Positions 18,123-27,940 of a stretch of DNA of 32,000 nucleotides are shown here, piece by piece. The notes under the pieces were generated by a model, which was not told where the DNA came from, made no database searches, and saw nothing but the letters and a program-made list of their open reading frames with translations. The number at the start of each line of letters is the position of its first letter. Position 1 is the first letter of the stretch. The position numbers were made by a program, and so were the translations under genes. The DNA is from Ostreococcus tauri (lineage: Eukaryota), in contig CAID01000002.2 of the NCBI GenBank assembly GCA_000214015.2, positions 100,624-132,623 on the forward strand, given 5' to 3'.

Positions 18123-20036
18123 ATGCGAAAGAACGAGCTGAGCCAGACGGAGACGTCCGTGAGTTATCGCATACTGCACGAAAGCGCAGCAGGGGAGTGC
18201 TGCGCTAACTGCCTCGGGCGATTGAAAGCGACTCGTGAATTCAACACTGAAGCGCAAGGCGTGAGGCATGATATGACGAATGTTCTTCTCTGTCCACGGG
18301 GTCATAGTTGCAGAGAGGTATTTTGCTCAACAGACTGTGTCAGACGTGCACTAGAAGTAAGTGACCGCAGTGTCTATGGATGGCACTCCTTCGTGTGCGA
18401 AAACGATTTAACGGAGTTTTATCAGTATGCTCGCCAATCGAATGAGAGTTTTCTAATCGCTGCCAAAGTACTGGCTAGACTTGCGGCGGCTAACATGGCT
18501 GGATACCCTGCACTGCAGTTGAAGTCTTCCTTTCTTGAGCAGTTTCAACTGAGTCATTCATGGCCTGAGGTCGCCGCCCGATCCCTCTTTGAAAGTCGCG
18601 TGAACTATCCAGAATTCGTCGAGCGCATCAAAGAATCTGAAGATCAAATCAGAGATGTATGGGAACTCCTCTCTACACATTTCAGCAACTTGTCTGAACT
18701 TGGACGGTGTGGTCGCGAACTTGTCCAACTCTTAAACTTACATATGTACACAGACATATTAGCGTGTACGCAAAGGTTTGTATGCGCTTTTAGTACTGCA
18801 AAAGTCTTAAGGAAGCGGAAGAGATCGGTAGATGCAAAAACGAAATATGCTGGTCATCAGCAGACCCAGTCATATTTTCCGGGAACTATCATTTCTTGCT
18901 CTCCGTATGAGACGGGTCTATATTCTCAACACAAGCCGACAAAGATGGAGTACTCTGGACTTTTGCTGTCATCAACACTTGGGAAGTTCGAGCACAGTTG
19001 CATACCGAACGTGCAGATTGAAGTGAGTTTAAGCCTTTGTGCTGCTCCGTGTGAGTATGTCGCCCTACGAGATATTGGAATCCAGGAGCGTAAGACTATG
19101 GCACATGTCCCTCTCGTTTCAAGCATAAGCCATCGGGAACAACTTATTCTGAAAAGAAATGGTAAAATATGTAGGTGCTGGCGGTGCTCATGGGAACGAG
19201 AAGAGTTTCAGCAGGTCTCATGCGAACAAATGAAGCTCCTGGCGTATCAAGCACAGGAAGAAGGTCGAAATTCGGATGCAGAGGTGTTGTTGTACTGTGC
19301 GCTAACTCTTCGACCCCAAGATCCTGATACTCTTCATTCTTACGGTGTGACGCTTCTTAATCAGGGGAAATGGGGTCAAGCTCACGATATCTGGCGGCGA
19401 GCCTTTCAGCTCAACAGAACTCACCATTGGCTATCAAAGCAGGCAGTGAAAGATCAGTTGTATGCTGCGCGAAGCGATGAGTCATTATTTTTTGCTTCAT
19501 TTAGGACTATAGCAGTGGATGAAATCTATCTCACAACGAGCGGTCCACTTGCTGCAGTTTGCCCAAGCTGGGTAGAGGCTGCTGAAAGTGTAGCTAGGTC
19601 TAGAGGAGGTTGGGATACGGCTCGCCATAAGGCAGTACCGACAACTGATCTCCCTATACATGAAATACCTGGTGTCATGGAGCAATGGAATCGCCTTTTT
19701 AGTGTGGTTATTAGTCCTTTCATAAGAGACAGGTTCAGGCTACCCACTAGTTTTGGCACACTGTATGTTCATGACGCATTTGTCGTCAAATACAATGCCA
19801 ACGAAGGACAGCGAGAGCTACCCGTACACACCGATCAAGGTCAGTTTTCTTTGACCCTCGCTTTGCATGATACGCAGGATTATTCGGGCGGTGGAACTAT
19901 TTTCCCTGAGCATGAATGCATTGTGCGGCCGAGGTGTGGAGATTTTGTCGCTTTCAGAAGTTCGCTAACTCACGGTGGGGTGCCGATCACGGCTGGCGTT
20001 AGATATATTGTTGTTGCGTTTCTTTACTACGCCTAA
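18123..20036 (+). CDS. SET-domain (SMYD-like) methyltransferase fused to TPR and a C-terminal 2OG-Fe(II) oxygenase (prolyl-4-hydroxylase-like) domain
   Basis: First ATG of ORF 18090-. Cys-rich N-terminus (CCANCLG...CPRGHSCREVFCSTDC). SET core FEHSCIPNV and post-SET CRCWRC. TPR-like LLYCALTLRPQDPDTLHSYGVTLLNQGKWGQAHDIWRRAFQLN. C-terminus VHDAFVVKYN...LPVHTDQGQFSLTLAL...GGGTIFP...GDFVAFRSSLTHGGVPITAGVRYIVV (HxD...H...R). Confidence 0.85.
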   Translation: MRKNELSQTETSVSYRILHESAAGECCANCLGRLKATREFNTEAQGVRHDMTNVLLCPRGHSCREVFCSTDCVRRALEVSDRSVYGWHSFVCENDLTEFYQYARQSNESFLIAAKVLARLAAANMAGYPALQLKSSFLEQFQLSHSWPEVAARSLFESRVNYPEFVERIKESEDQIRDVWELLSTHFSNLSELGRCGRELVQLLNLHMYTDILACTQRFVCAFSTAKVLRKRKRSVDAKTKYAGHQQTQSYFPGTIISCSPYETGLYSQHKPTKMEYSGLLLSSTLGKFEHSCIPNVQIEVSLSLCAAPCEYVALRDIGIQERKTMAHVPLVSSISHREQLILKRNGKICRCWRCSWEREEFQQVSCEQMKLLAYQAQEEGRNSDAEVLLYCALTLRPQDPDTLHSYGVTLLNQGKWGQAHDIWRRAFQLNRTHHWLSKQAVKDQLYAARSDESLFFASFRTIAVDEIYLTTSGPLAAVCPSWVEAAESVARSRGGWDTARHKAVPTTDLPIHEIPGVMEQWNRLFSVVISPFIRDRFRLPTSFGTLYVHDAFVVKYNANEGQRELPVHTDQGQFSLTLALHDTQDYSGGGTIFPEHECIVRPRCGDFVAFRSSLTHGGVPITAGVRYIVVAFLYYA

Positions 20037-20144
20037 GTATCCATCCTGTTCATCATCTTGATCGGTTTCTGCAATTTGCGCGAGTTTTTGCCGCTTATGA
20101 AATTCGACTCCCAAAAATAGTGTTTTTTTGTGATCGGGGATGCA

Positions 20145-20180
20145 CGGCGTACCCTATTTCGGCCGAAATAGGGTACGCCG
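20145..20180. repeat. Perfect 36-bp palindrome
   Basis: The palindrome is CGGCGTACCCTATTTCGG|CCGAAATAGGGTACGCCG. A third TACCCTATTTC lies at 20193-20204. Confidence 0.9.
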
Positions 20181-20291
20181 CGCACGCAATTCTACCCTAT
20201 TTCTTTTTTTTCGATTGGGTCGTGACCAAGGACAATCCCACACCTCAGTGTGAGGTCAAAAGTGTGATACAGTCACACACACACACACTTT

Positions 20292-20375
20292 TCCACGTCG
20301 AGGGTCGACCCCCTCTCCTCAATCATCAGTCCTCATTCGTCAACTAAACCCTAGAACTGCCCGTTTTTTCGGGCC
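20292..20375 (-). repeat. Dispersed repeat R2, inverted copy
   Basis: Its reverse complement aligns to 7720-7797. It is adjacent to a (CA)n run at about 20273-20288. Confidence 0.6.
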
Positions 20376-20574
20376 GGCGCGCTGTTGTGCGTGAAGGGCA
20401 ATACCCGACGCTCACGTTTCGACTCCACGCCGTTCGTTTCGCACCCAAGTATACTTGACGAGCCCGATAGTCTGGTGCGCGAACACTTAGAACGCCAGCC
20501 TACATCGAAGGATTCCTGCGCTCGTTTCATACAAGTTAAAGGTCGACGCAGTAGTTGGAGCGTGCGAGGATCAA

Positions 20575-20990
20575 ATGTCGTGTACGACTGCAGACACGCG
20601 CTTTCTGCTGAAGAAGGCGAGTGCTCCCATCGGAAATCTTATTGAGTACATTGCTGAAGTGAACCTCGTAGTGGTCAGCGGTAGCTGTCTGGTCCTGGTC
20701 AATTTGCACGGACACTTGTGCCATCTGTAGGAACAGTCTTCACGAAGGGAGCATTGAATACCAAGCAAACCCAGCTGCATCATCCGATGACGGTCTCAGC
20801 ATTGCGTGGGGTAACTGTGGACATGTTTTCCATCTCGATTGTATCTCGAAATGGCTAAGGACACGCAGTAACTGTCCACTTTGCGTACGTTGCTTATAGA
20901 CACAAGTGTTCTTCCTACTTACACGTTTTCTACCTCTAGAACAAAGAATGGGAGTTCTCCAAGGTTGAAAAGGTGCTCAATTTCATCTAA
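20575..20990 (+). CDS. RBX1: RING-box protein RBX1/ROC1/HRT1; 3 exons (20575-20616, 20672-20884, 20940-20990)
   Basis: The spliced product is MSCTTADTRFLLKK|WSAVAVWSWSICTDTCAICRNSLHEGSIEYQANPAASSDDGLSIAWGNCGHVFHLDCISKWLRTRSNCPLC|NKEWEFSKV.. It is collinear with RBX1 (..[27 protein letters not shown]...CPLDNREWEF). Both introns are 55 nt. Intron 1 has a GCGAGT donor and intron 2 has GTACGT. Confidence 0.8.
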
Positions 20991-21085
20991 TAACTTCGAT
21001 CGGTACTAACATGTTTTGATAGATACAACTGCCCGCACTTGGGCTTGATAGATAACCGACAACGGTCACCAGCGACAACCACACC

Positions 21086-21817
21086 TCATGATACCTTTGA
21101 AGCCAACAGTTCGTTGAAGTTATCCATAGCTGCGCAGGTGAAGCGTCTTATCGAATTGAATTCCGAGCACGCCGTCTCAGATGGCAGTCGATAGCCCTAG
21201 CAAAGTTTTGAAAATAGCTTCTTGTTTAACTGTTGTGATTAGACTTACCTCCTCGATCGTTTCCCGCATAGTATCATGCCGGAGTAAACGGAATGCTCTG
21301 CGTATTTTACTCTGCCTAAGAGAAAGGATATGCTCCTCGTCAATGGATTAGCTTCGTGCGGTTCGAGTGAATCAACACATTTACCAAGTGCACGTGCATA
21401 GACATATCTTCTGTAACATATTTTGAAATACAACGAGCTTGCTCGATGAAATATTGAGGTAATGGCTTTTGAACGAATATCAATACGAAAGTAGAAACGA
21501 GTGAATCTTACTAACCTGAAATCCCTTCGTATCCGTTTTTTCGTTTTTTTGGGTTGCCAACACGCTCTCTGCTGCAAACCAGTCTCCAAGCTCAACAGTA
21601 CATTTCCCATTCTCGTTCAGCGCAAGGGCGAGCCAACATGGCACAAGAACCGGAACGTTGGGCATGAACGGTCCAAACTGTTCGTTTGTATTATATTAGG
21701 CATTGAATACGGTCGCGTTATAAAGAAGCGCACTTCATCTGCCAAGAAGGGAACTCTCTGGTCAAGCAGGGTCAGACTGTTTGCACTAAACTGGCCAGAA
21801 AAACGCTCACGTCGCAT
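21086..21817 (-). CDS. PSF2: GINS complex subunit Psf2; at least 5 exons, with the 5' part unresolved
   Basis: Minus-strand exons: 21817-21734 (..RVPFLADE), 21677-21516 (FGPFMPNVPVLVPCWLALALNENGKCTVELGDW...GFQ), 21465-21385 (PLPQYFIEQARCISKYVTEDM...), 21332-21249 (..QSKIRRAFRLL..) and 21196-21086 (..ACSEFNSIRRFTCAAMDNFNELL..). Introns are 56?, 50, 52 and 52 nt. GPF.P..P..VP.WLA is the Psf2 hallmark. See the finding on the frame break at ~21680. Confidence 0.65.
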
Positions 21818-22137
21818 CGGAATCGCGGCAATATTTGGACCATTGTGTCCTGTGCCACGTACGATGTTTCCTATACAAAGGCATCAACTTGGTCAAGCAC
21901 GTGTCTTCAGCAAGTTACCTCGGGTTTAAACGTTCGTTCAAACGACATCTCGTGGTCCGGATCGGCCGAAACGTTTCGAGATCTTCGTGGTGGATGAAAC
22001 GATCCGGCAGTAATGTACCAACGACGCGCTATCGACGGGATTCGCTTCCCGGCGACGCCTTCGAGTTTTGAAACGTTCAGCTCTTCTCCTCACACCAACG
22101 GACGTCAACACCGGGTAGGGTGAGCGGCGTAAGGCGA

Positions 22138-22170
22138 GGGGCGTGGCTAAATCTCAGGCTGAAGTAACTA
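22138..22170 (+). repeat. Solo terminus of the 39-bp-TIR family
   Basis: GGGGCGTGGCTAAATCTCAGGCTGAAGTAACT compared with GGGGGTGGCTAAATCTCAGGCCGAAGCAACT at 7900. Confidence 0.7.
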
Positions 22171-22192
22171 TTTTTTCATTTTATACATATAT

Positions 22193-22270
22193 TGTAAGCT
22201 TAAGGTCATATTGGTGGTCTCGACTTAGCGTGTTCGATGCGTAAAGATCTGAGGTTTACTACTAATAACC
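22193..22270 (+). mobile_element. Diverged fragment of LTR-like repeat R3 (copy B)
   Basis: TGTAAGCTTAAGGTC....GGTGGTCTCGACTTAGCGTGTTCGATGCGTAAAGATCTGAGGTTT aligns to the first ~70 nt of R3. Confidence 0.45.
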
Positions 22271-22502
22271 TACGCGACTATACGTACCTAAATCGACTGG
22301 GTACAAACTGTTTGCTCATACAAAATGCCTGGTACACCGGTACGCTGGTACAGTACCAGGTGCAGCAGGCCTAATCTAGGACTGCTTGAAATGCCCGGCC
22401 TTATCGATTCTGTTCAGTTTGGTAAAACACGACGCGTACTAAGAGTTTACGCAGCAACATCGCGTGTTCTAACTGGCGACCTCTGTAGAAAAGTCCTCCT
22501 AC

Positions 22503-24164
22503 ATGAATGACAGCGCCAAAGCAGATGTTAAGTCGAGTCTGCAAAGGTTGAGCGAAGGACTAGACTTGAGTTCTAGATCTTCCGCAAGCAACCGGGTGAG
22601 CGGCAACAAGAGGGCTAGTTCTACGGAAAATCTAAGGATTAAAGTTGCTCGCATCTTATCAAATCAACACGCCACCGAAGATAGTGTAGAGCGGCTCTGG
22701 ACTGACGAATTTTCCCCTAGAACTGTTACTGATTTAGTTGGTAACAGTAGTGCCATCAATGTGCTTCGTTCCTGGCTTTTACAATGGTCAGCTAGAAAAT
22801 TTAACGTACAGTTGAAAGGACAGGACAGGAAATGTATTTTAATTAGTGGACCACCTGGAGTTGGCAAAACAACTACGGCAGTGCTGTTGTGCAAAGAACT
22901 TGGTTTGCAGACGTTGAACATCAACGCCAGCGATTCTAGGGGTAAGTCTGGGAAGGTAGTTGATGGTATAGCGGGTACTTTAGCGAGTGCAGTGCGGGAA
23001 TTTGTGACGAACAAGTGTATTGGTTCCGACTCTGAGCAAACTGTGAGATCCGCTCTCATAATGGATGAAGTTGACGGCATGGCGGGTGGTGACCGAGGTG
23101 GTCTTTCGGAGTTAATTGACATCATTAAACAGACGCGCATCCCAATAATATGCATCTGCAATGATCGTTATTCACAAAAGTTGAAGACTCTGGCAAACTA
23201 TTGCGTCGATCTGCCTTTTCAACGACCAAATAAACTCCAAATTCGAAAGTATGTGGTGCAGCTTGCGAACTCTAAGCGTCTACAAATCGACCAGGATTCG
23301 GTAGATAGCCTAATTGAAGCGAATAATAATGACTTGCGATCAATCATAAATCAGTTGCAACTTTGGAGTATGGGCGCAATACTCGAATCAAAAGAAACAA
23401 GTAGGGTGAAGAAAGATGTCTCTCTCGGTGTTTTTCAAGCAATTGATGTCATGTTTCGACCGTCCGTTCATGGCACGCTCGATGCTAGATTAAGTCTGAG
23501 CTTTACACATGGAGATCTTTTATCCTTGTTTGTGCATGAGAATTATCCGTGCATGCGACCAAAGGATAGCGTCAGTGACTTGCAGCGACTTGTCCACATG
23601 GCGGCAGCGGCTTCACGTGTTTCGGAGGGGGACGTGTTCGCGAGTACTATTAGTAGGACGCAAAACTGGAGTATTCTACCATCGGCCAATGTTATTGCAT
23701 CTGTCTTGCCATCTTCGGCTGTTTCTGGTGCCAGAGAAATATCTGCTCAGGGAGAACGTAACACTCATCGGTTTCCGAGTTGTTTGGGTAGGATATCGAG
23801 TAAGTCGAAGTCACAACGTCTTTTGCACAAGACGCATATGCATGTTTGTGCAAGTGGTATACTTCGTACTAGCGCACGGGAATTCTGTTTAAGATATATG
23901 AACCTGGTGAGAAGATTGCTGACCCTGCCTCTTTTTAGTGAAGCTCGTGGCGGCAAAGAACTAGCAGGCGTAGAAAATGTGCTTGATTTTATGCATACTT
24001 ACCACTTCACGAGGGAGGACTGGGATGATATTCAAATTTTCACAAGACTATCAGGAAAGGGTCCCTTGTTTGAAAGTCCTGGCGCACAAATACATACGTC
24101 GGTGAAGGCAGCGTTCACAAGAGCTTGTAAACACAGTCTGAGCTTGAGCACGAAAGCGACTTGA
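22503..24164 (+). CDS. RFC1: Replication factor C large subunit RFC1 (no BRCT region in this ORF)
   Basis: 553-aa ATG ORF. Walker A is [67 protein letters not shown] is collinear with human RFC1 [39 protein letters not shown]...DLRFQRP. Confidence 0.85.
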   Translation: [553 protein letters not shown]

Positions 24165-24255
24165 AGGGGGGGGGTTCGGCACGCAAACGTGCTCACATGG
24201 CAAAGATCATCACAACTGTGGTTCTTTAATATGAAACAATCAATTTACAACGAAC

Positions 24256-24690
24256 TCACGGCCAAATCGGATATCCTCTTCTACTGACAGAAAAATTATC
24301 GCCATAACTCTTGGGCCTGTGGACTTCTCGAACTCCTGGTAAAATTGAGTTATGAAAGTGCGCTTTGCGCAGCGGAGAGACACAGACAAACTCGATATTA
24401 CCATGGCGAATGCTATCTGCGGGAGAAGTGTTCCTTCCTGTTTGGTTCAATCGGTCAGCACTACCTGTGCTGGTCCAACCCTGCAGTGCGTTGGTCCACG
24501 TGGGAAATGGTGAGCATTGACGCCACTCAGCTGTGCTCGACGGTTGGAATGTCTCCGGCGAGTTCACCTTGAACATCTTATCCAATTATGTCAGGAAAGA
24601 AAGAGAGGAGACTTAACGACATACACCGGTTGAAAAATAGCGTATCGTTCGCCCGATCGAGACCGCGACTTCCTTACGGAGAGTTTGCAT
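24256..24690 (-). CDS. Hypothetical small protein, possibly 3 exons (24690-24625, 24576-24465, 24416-24256)
   Basis: ORF 24256-24585. An upstream ATG exon (MQTLRKEVAVSIGRTIRYFSTG) joins in frame via a 48-nt GTATGT..AAG intron. A second 48-nt GTAGTG..GCAG interval lies in frame inside the ORF. No family recognised. Confidence 0.3.
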
Positions 24691-25242
24691 CGTTCGCCGC
24701 GCCGTTATGCGCGAGTTCTAAAGAACGTCGAGGAACAGTACCCAGTAGAATCAGATCGAAGCTCGGTGGCAGCCTCTCACGAGTGCGCCTAGCTCGTGGC
24801 ATAGTGACGATTGTTCCCTCCTGAGGTGACACCGGCGTCACATGGGAAATCATAGGGTTCTTGTGCCAGCTGGGGTGGGAATCCGGGAATTTTCACTACT
24901 GTCCTCCATATCATGGGGAACTTGATGGTCTGTGACTCGTCAAGAATCAAACTTTAATTTTTATCGCGGATTAAAAGATTTTACATATACTTGTGAAGCG
25001 CCACAGTATTTTACATGTCGAAAAAAACGTGCGTGCGCGAACTTTTGAACTTTTTTGTCGGGGCAGAGTGTGAGCATGAGAGCTCAGGGAAGGACTGGAC
25101 TCCTCCTTGAGCGTCTTCGTAGCTCAAAGGGCTCGTCGTCGTCGCTCGACATGTCGCTGATTCCTTCTCACGGTGAGACGAAACTAAAACCTTTTCCCAC
25201 TCTCAAGTCGCTGTTCGGGTTCACTCAAGCGCTCTCTCGAGC

Positions 25243-26223
25243 ATGAGTCCTGGACAGGCGTTATCTTGCGCGGCGTCGGCGGTGCCCCGATCGTCTCCTA
25301 GAGCGCGAGCGCGCGGCGCGGCGACGGCTTCTGATCCGAAACGCCCGGAGATCGGCGCGAGGCGCCGACGTGCTCGTTCGCCGACGCGCGCGACCTCGGA
25401 AGTGAACGCGAGCACCGAGAGCGAGAAAGGCTCGACGAATGGCTCGATCTCGGCGCGTTCGTCGGCTCGCGTGCACGTGCGCGTGGCGGACACACGCGCG
25501 AGAGCCGAGGCGGCGGCACGCGTGTGCGGCGTTGCCTTCGCGCAGGAGACGCGCGCATTCAAGGGCGCGCGCGACGACAAACGACGAAGCGTATCGGAAG
25601 ATGCAGCGAGTAGCTCGGGAGGTTTCTCAGGGACTGACTTCGTGGACGACGTGGTGGATTGGGTAGGAAGCAAGTTGGACGACTGGTATGCGTCGTCCAT
25701 CACGAAGGAGCTCGCGCACTTGACGACGTTTCACATTGAGGAGCGAAAGAGAGCGGGAGAGGAGCTCAGACGAACGGAACTTCCGAGCAGTGAGAGTAAT
25801 AATGTACGGAAGAATCGACTGCGTGCGAAGCGTCAGTGTCTGACGCTCATCTCGCGGTTCGAGGAGGGAGGCGGCTGCGAGGGTTGGATCGGAAGTGCAA
25901 CGTTACGCGTGTGCACCCCCGAGGCGCTCCTTCCCGAGCCGTTTCCATCGATTAAACCTCGAGTACCATACGTGAGCAATGTCGCCGTCAGAGCTGAGGC
26001 TCGCGGTCGAGGTGCGGCGAGCTCGATGTTAGATAAGTGCGAGAGAGCCGCTCGCTCCTGGGGATACGACCACCTGTGGCTTCACGTGGACGTCTGTAAC
26101 CAGAGTGCGCGCGCGATGTACGAGCGTCGAGGATACGTCGTATACGGTGAAGATCCATGGTGGTACGGTTTCGGCGGCATTCTTGGTCCGAGACGCGTCT
26201 TACTCAGGAAATGCGTGGTGTAA
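25243..26223 (+). CDS. GNAT-family N-acetyltransferase with a long Ala/Arg/Ser-rich N-terminal extension
   Basis: 326-aa ATG ORF. It has GNAT motif A: YVSNVAVRAEARGRGAASSMLDKCERAARSWGYDHLWLHVDVCNQSARAMYERRGY. The first ~110 aa are low-complexity and resemble a transit peptide. It lies in a GC-rich island. Confidence 0.8.
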   Translation: MSPGQALSCAASAVPRSSPRARARGAATASDPKRPEIGARRRRARSPTRATSEVNASTESEKGSTNGSISARSSARVHVRVADTRARAEAAARVCGVAFAQETRAFKGARDDKRRSVSEDAASSSGGFSGTDFVDDVVDWVGSKLDDWYASSITKELAHLTTFHIEERKRAGEELRRTELPSSESNNVRKNRLRAKRQCLTLISRFEEGGGCEGWIGSATLRVCTPEALLPEPFPSIKPRVPYVSNVAVRAEARGRGAASSMLDKCERAARSWGYDHLWLHVDVCNQSARAMYERRGYVVYGEDPWWYGFGGILGPRRVLLRKCVV

Positions 26224-26289
26224 TAAGTAATATCCATTCGAGCGCTCCTCTGTCGCCTCGGACACTAACCCCACTCTCGCGTCTCCAAG

Positions 26290-27357
26290 ATGCCGATGTT
26301 CTCGCGCAAGGTCAAATCAAAAGCACGAACGGCTTCATCTCCGCCCAAGGATACCCCCGCGGTCGATCGGGAAGAGCCCAGCACTTCGTCCTCCGTCGTC
26401 GAGTCGTCCGCGATTCCAACGATATTGGCCCAAGCCGCGCCCGCGATCATCGGCGCGAGCCGCCTGGCTGCCCAGAGCGAGCCCTACGCCGTCGCCGCGT
26501 TCGAAGGATGCCGGAGAGCGTGGCGAACGCTTCAACCGTACCACCCGCAGGAGTTCGGACCGGCGATCGTGGGATTTCTCCTGTGCTTCTTCGGTGGATA
26601 TTTTGCCACTCTCACGGCGGCGGTGGAGGCGTATCGAATCACCGGGTACACGAGCACGCGAAGCGCGCTGGTGATACTGTGGCGAAACATCGAGGCGGCG
26701 CAGCGAGCAAACCTGAAGGACGACGAGTTGGATGAGGACAACAACGGTATACCGGACACGCAGGAGATTGGCACTCGCGCGCTGGTGATTCGAAAGTGCG
26801 GTGTCATCGCCAAGGCGGTCGACCCCGAACAGCTTAGCGATGCGCTGGGTTCGATTTACATGGGCTTTGTTGCAGTCGTAGCGACGTTGCGCGTGCACTT
26901 CGCCGCGTGCGTCTCGCTTGGAGTCGCGGTGGGGGACATCGTGCACAACATCGTGGACGAGAACCTCACGCCGGCGCTGATGATGAGCACGCCGAAGGAG
27001 TATCAGAAATGGGTCGGGCCCGGGGTGAGATACGCGTGTAAAATCGTCGGCGTCGTAGCGGCGTGGTTGGTGCAACAAGCGATCACGGCGTATCATTCAG
27101 CGACGCGCGGCGCTCAGCTCCTCGTCAGAGGACTCCTCACGTACCTCGTTCGCCACAAGTACCTCTCTCCGAACTCGATCGACGAGAAGGGCACGGTCTT
27201 CAACTTGACCATTTTCGTCATCGCCATGACCGGATTCTGGACGCAGATCATGTACGCCTTCAAGCTTCCTTTTCCGCTCAACATCTTACTTATTCCCGTT
27301 CGGTTGGCCGAGTTCTGCCTTCGACTGTGTGTCGGCACCATGTCCAACGACCGCTGA
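26290..27357 (+). CDS. Hypothetical multi-pass membrane protein
   Basis: 355-aa ATG ORF with several hydrophobic spans (AIVGFLLCFFGGYFATLTAAV, IYMGFVAVVATLRVHFAACVSLGVAV, IVGVVAAWLVQQAI, FNLTIFVIAMTGFWTQIMYAF). About 65% GC. No family recognised. Confidence 0.55.
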   Translation: MPMFSRKVKSKARTASSPPKDTPAVDREEPSTSSSVVESSAIPTILAQAAPAIIGASRLAAQSEPYAVAAFEGCRRAWRTLQPYHPQEFGPAIVGFLLCFFGGYFATLTAAVEAYRITGYTSTRSALVILWRNIEAAQRANLKDDELDEDNNGIPDTQEIGTRALVIRKCGVIAKAVDPEQLSDALGSIYMGFVAVVATLRVHFAACVSLGVAVGDIVHNIVDENLTPALMMSTPKEYQKWVGPGVRYACKIVGVVAAWLVQQAITAYHSATRGAQLLVRGLLTYLVRHKYLSPNSIDEKGTVFNLTIFVIAMTGFWTQIMYAFKLPFPLNILLIPVRLAEFCLRLCVGTMSNDR

Positions 27358-27940
27358 CCCGACCGACGCACTGAGATTGCGTCGATCGATCGCTCATCAT
27401 GAATCATCGTCAATGACCCTGACTCCGCACTTGTATCGGGCTAGCTGATTTCTGCACCAGCCGAATTTCTGGTACGTACCAGCTGTACCTGCCGAATTTC
27501 CGATCGCCCAACTCGTATGGACAAACAGTATCGACCGGCTGGTACAAGTTGGTACGAGCAGGTACCAATGTGACTAGTCGACGAGAACCGCGACGAGAAC
27601 CGACTTATTCCGCGCACTGTGTCTACGTATCGATTTCGTCTTCTACTCTTTGTACGGCGTTCCTTCTCTTGACGTGCTAACGTGCGATTTGAGCGCTTCT
27701 ACCGCCCGTGGGATGACTGGCGTCGAGTGAACGCGGCTGATATGCACCGCGTGTACGGTCCCAACTTCGACGTCGCGAACTATACGTATGCTCCGGAGCC
27801 GCTGAATATCAACCTCATACTTTGCATCAAACACGGAGTGCTCTAGCGAAGCATTTCGAATATCATTTCGAAGCGCTGCGAGATAGTGAGGAACACGAAG
27901 TTCTCAATGAAATAGCGCAACTGTAAGTTTGTAAGTCGTG

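Noticed and set aside
21919-21948. Alternative first exon for Psf2 (MSFERTFKPE) spliced over a 161-nt intron to RVPFLADE.
   Set aside because: It is attractive by homology (TF.PE..F.AE). However, the intron would be three times longer than every other intron inferred here, and an in-frame ATG at 21817 needs no splice. I kept it as an untested alternative only.
22664-23161. 165-aa minus-strand ORF inside RFC1. Smaller antisense or out-of-frame ORFs also occur within BOP1, NDC80, the kinase and the SET fusion.
   Set aside because: They are embedded in strongly supported sense CDSs and have no motifs.
26335-27096. 253-aa minus-strand ORF antisense to the membrane-protein gene. Similar cases are 12185-13174(-), 25221-25703(-), 25261-25558(-) and 16285-16647(-).
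   Set aside because: All lie in 65-72% GC islands, where stop codons are rare in every frame. Their products are Arg/Ala/Pro-rich low-complexity strings. The sense-strand ORFs have recognisable domains or hydrophobic spans.
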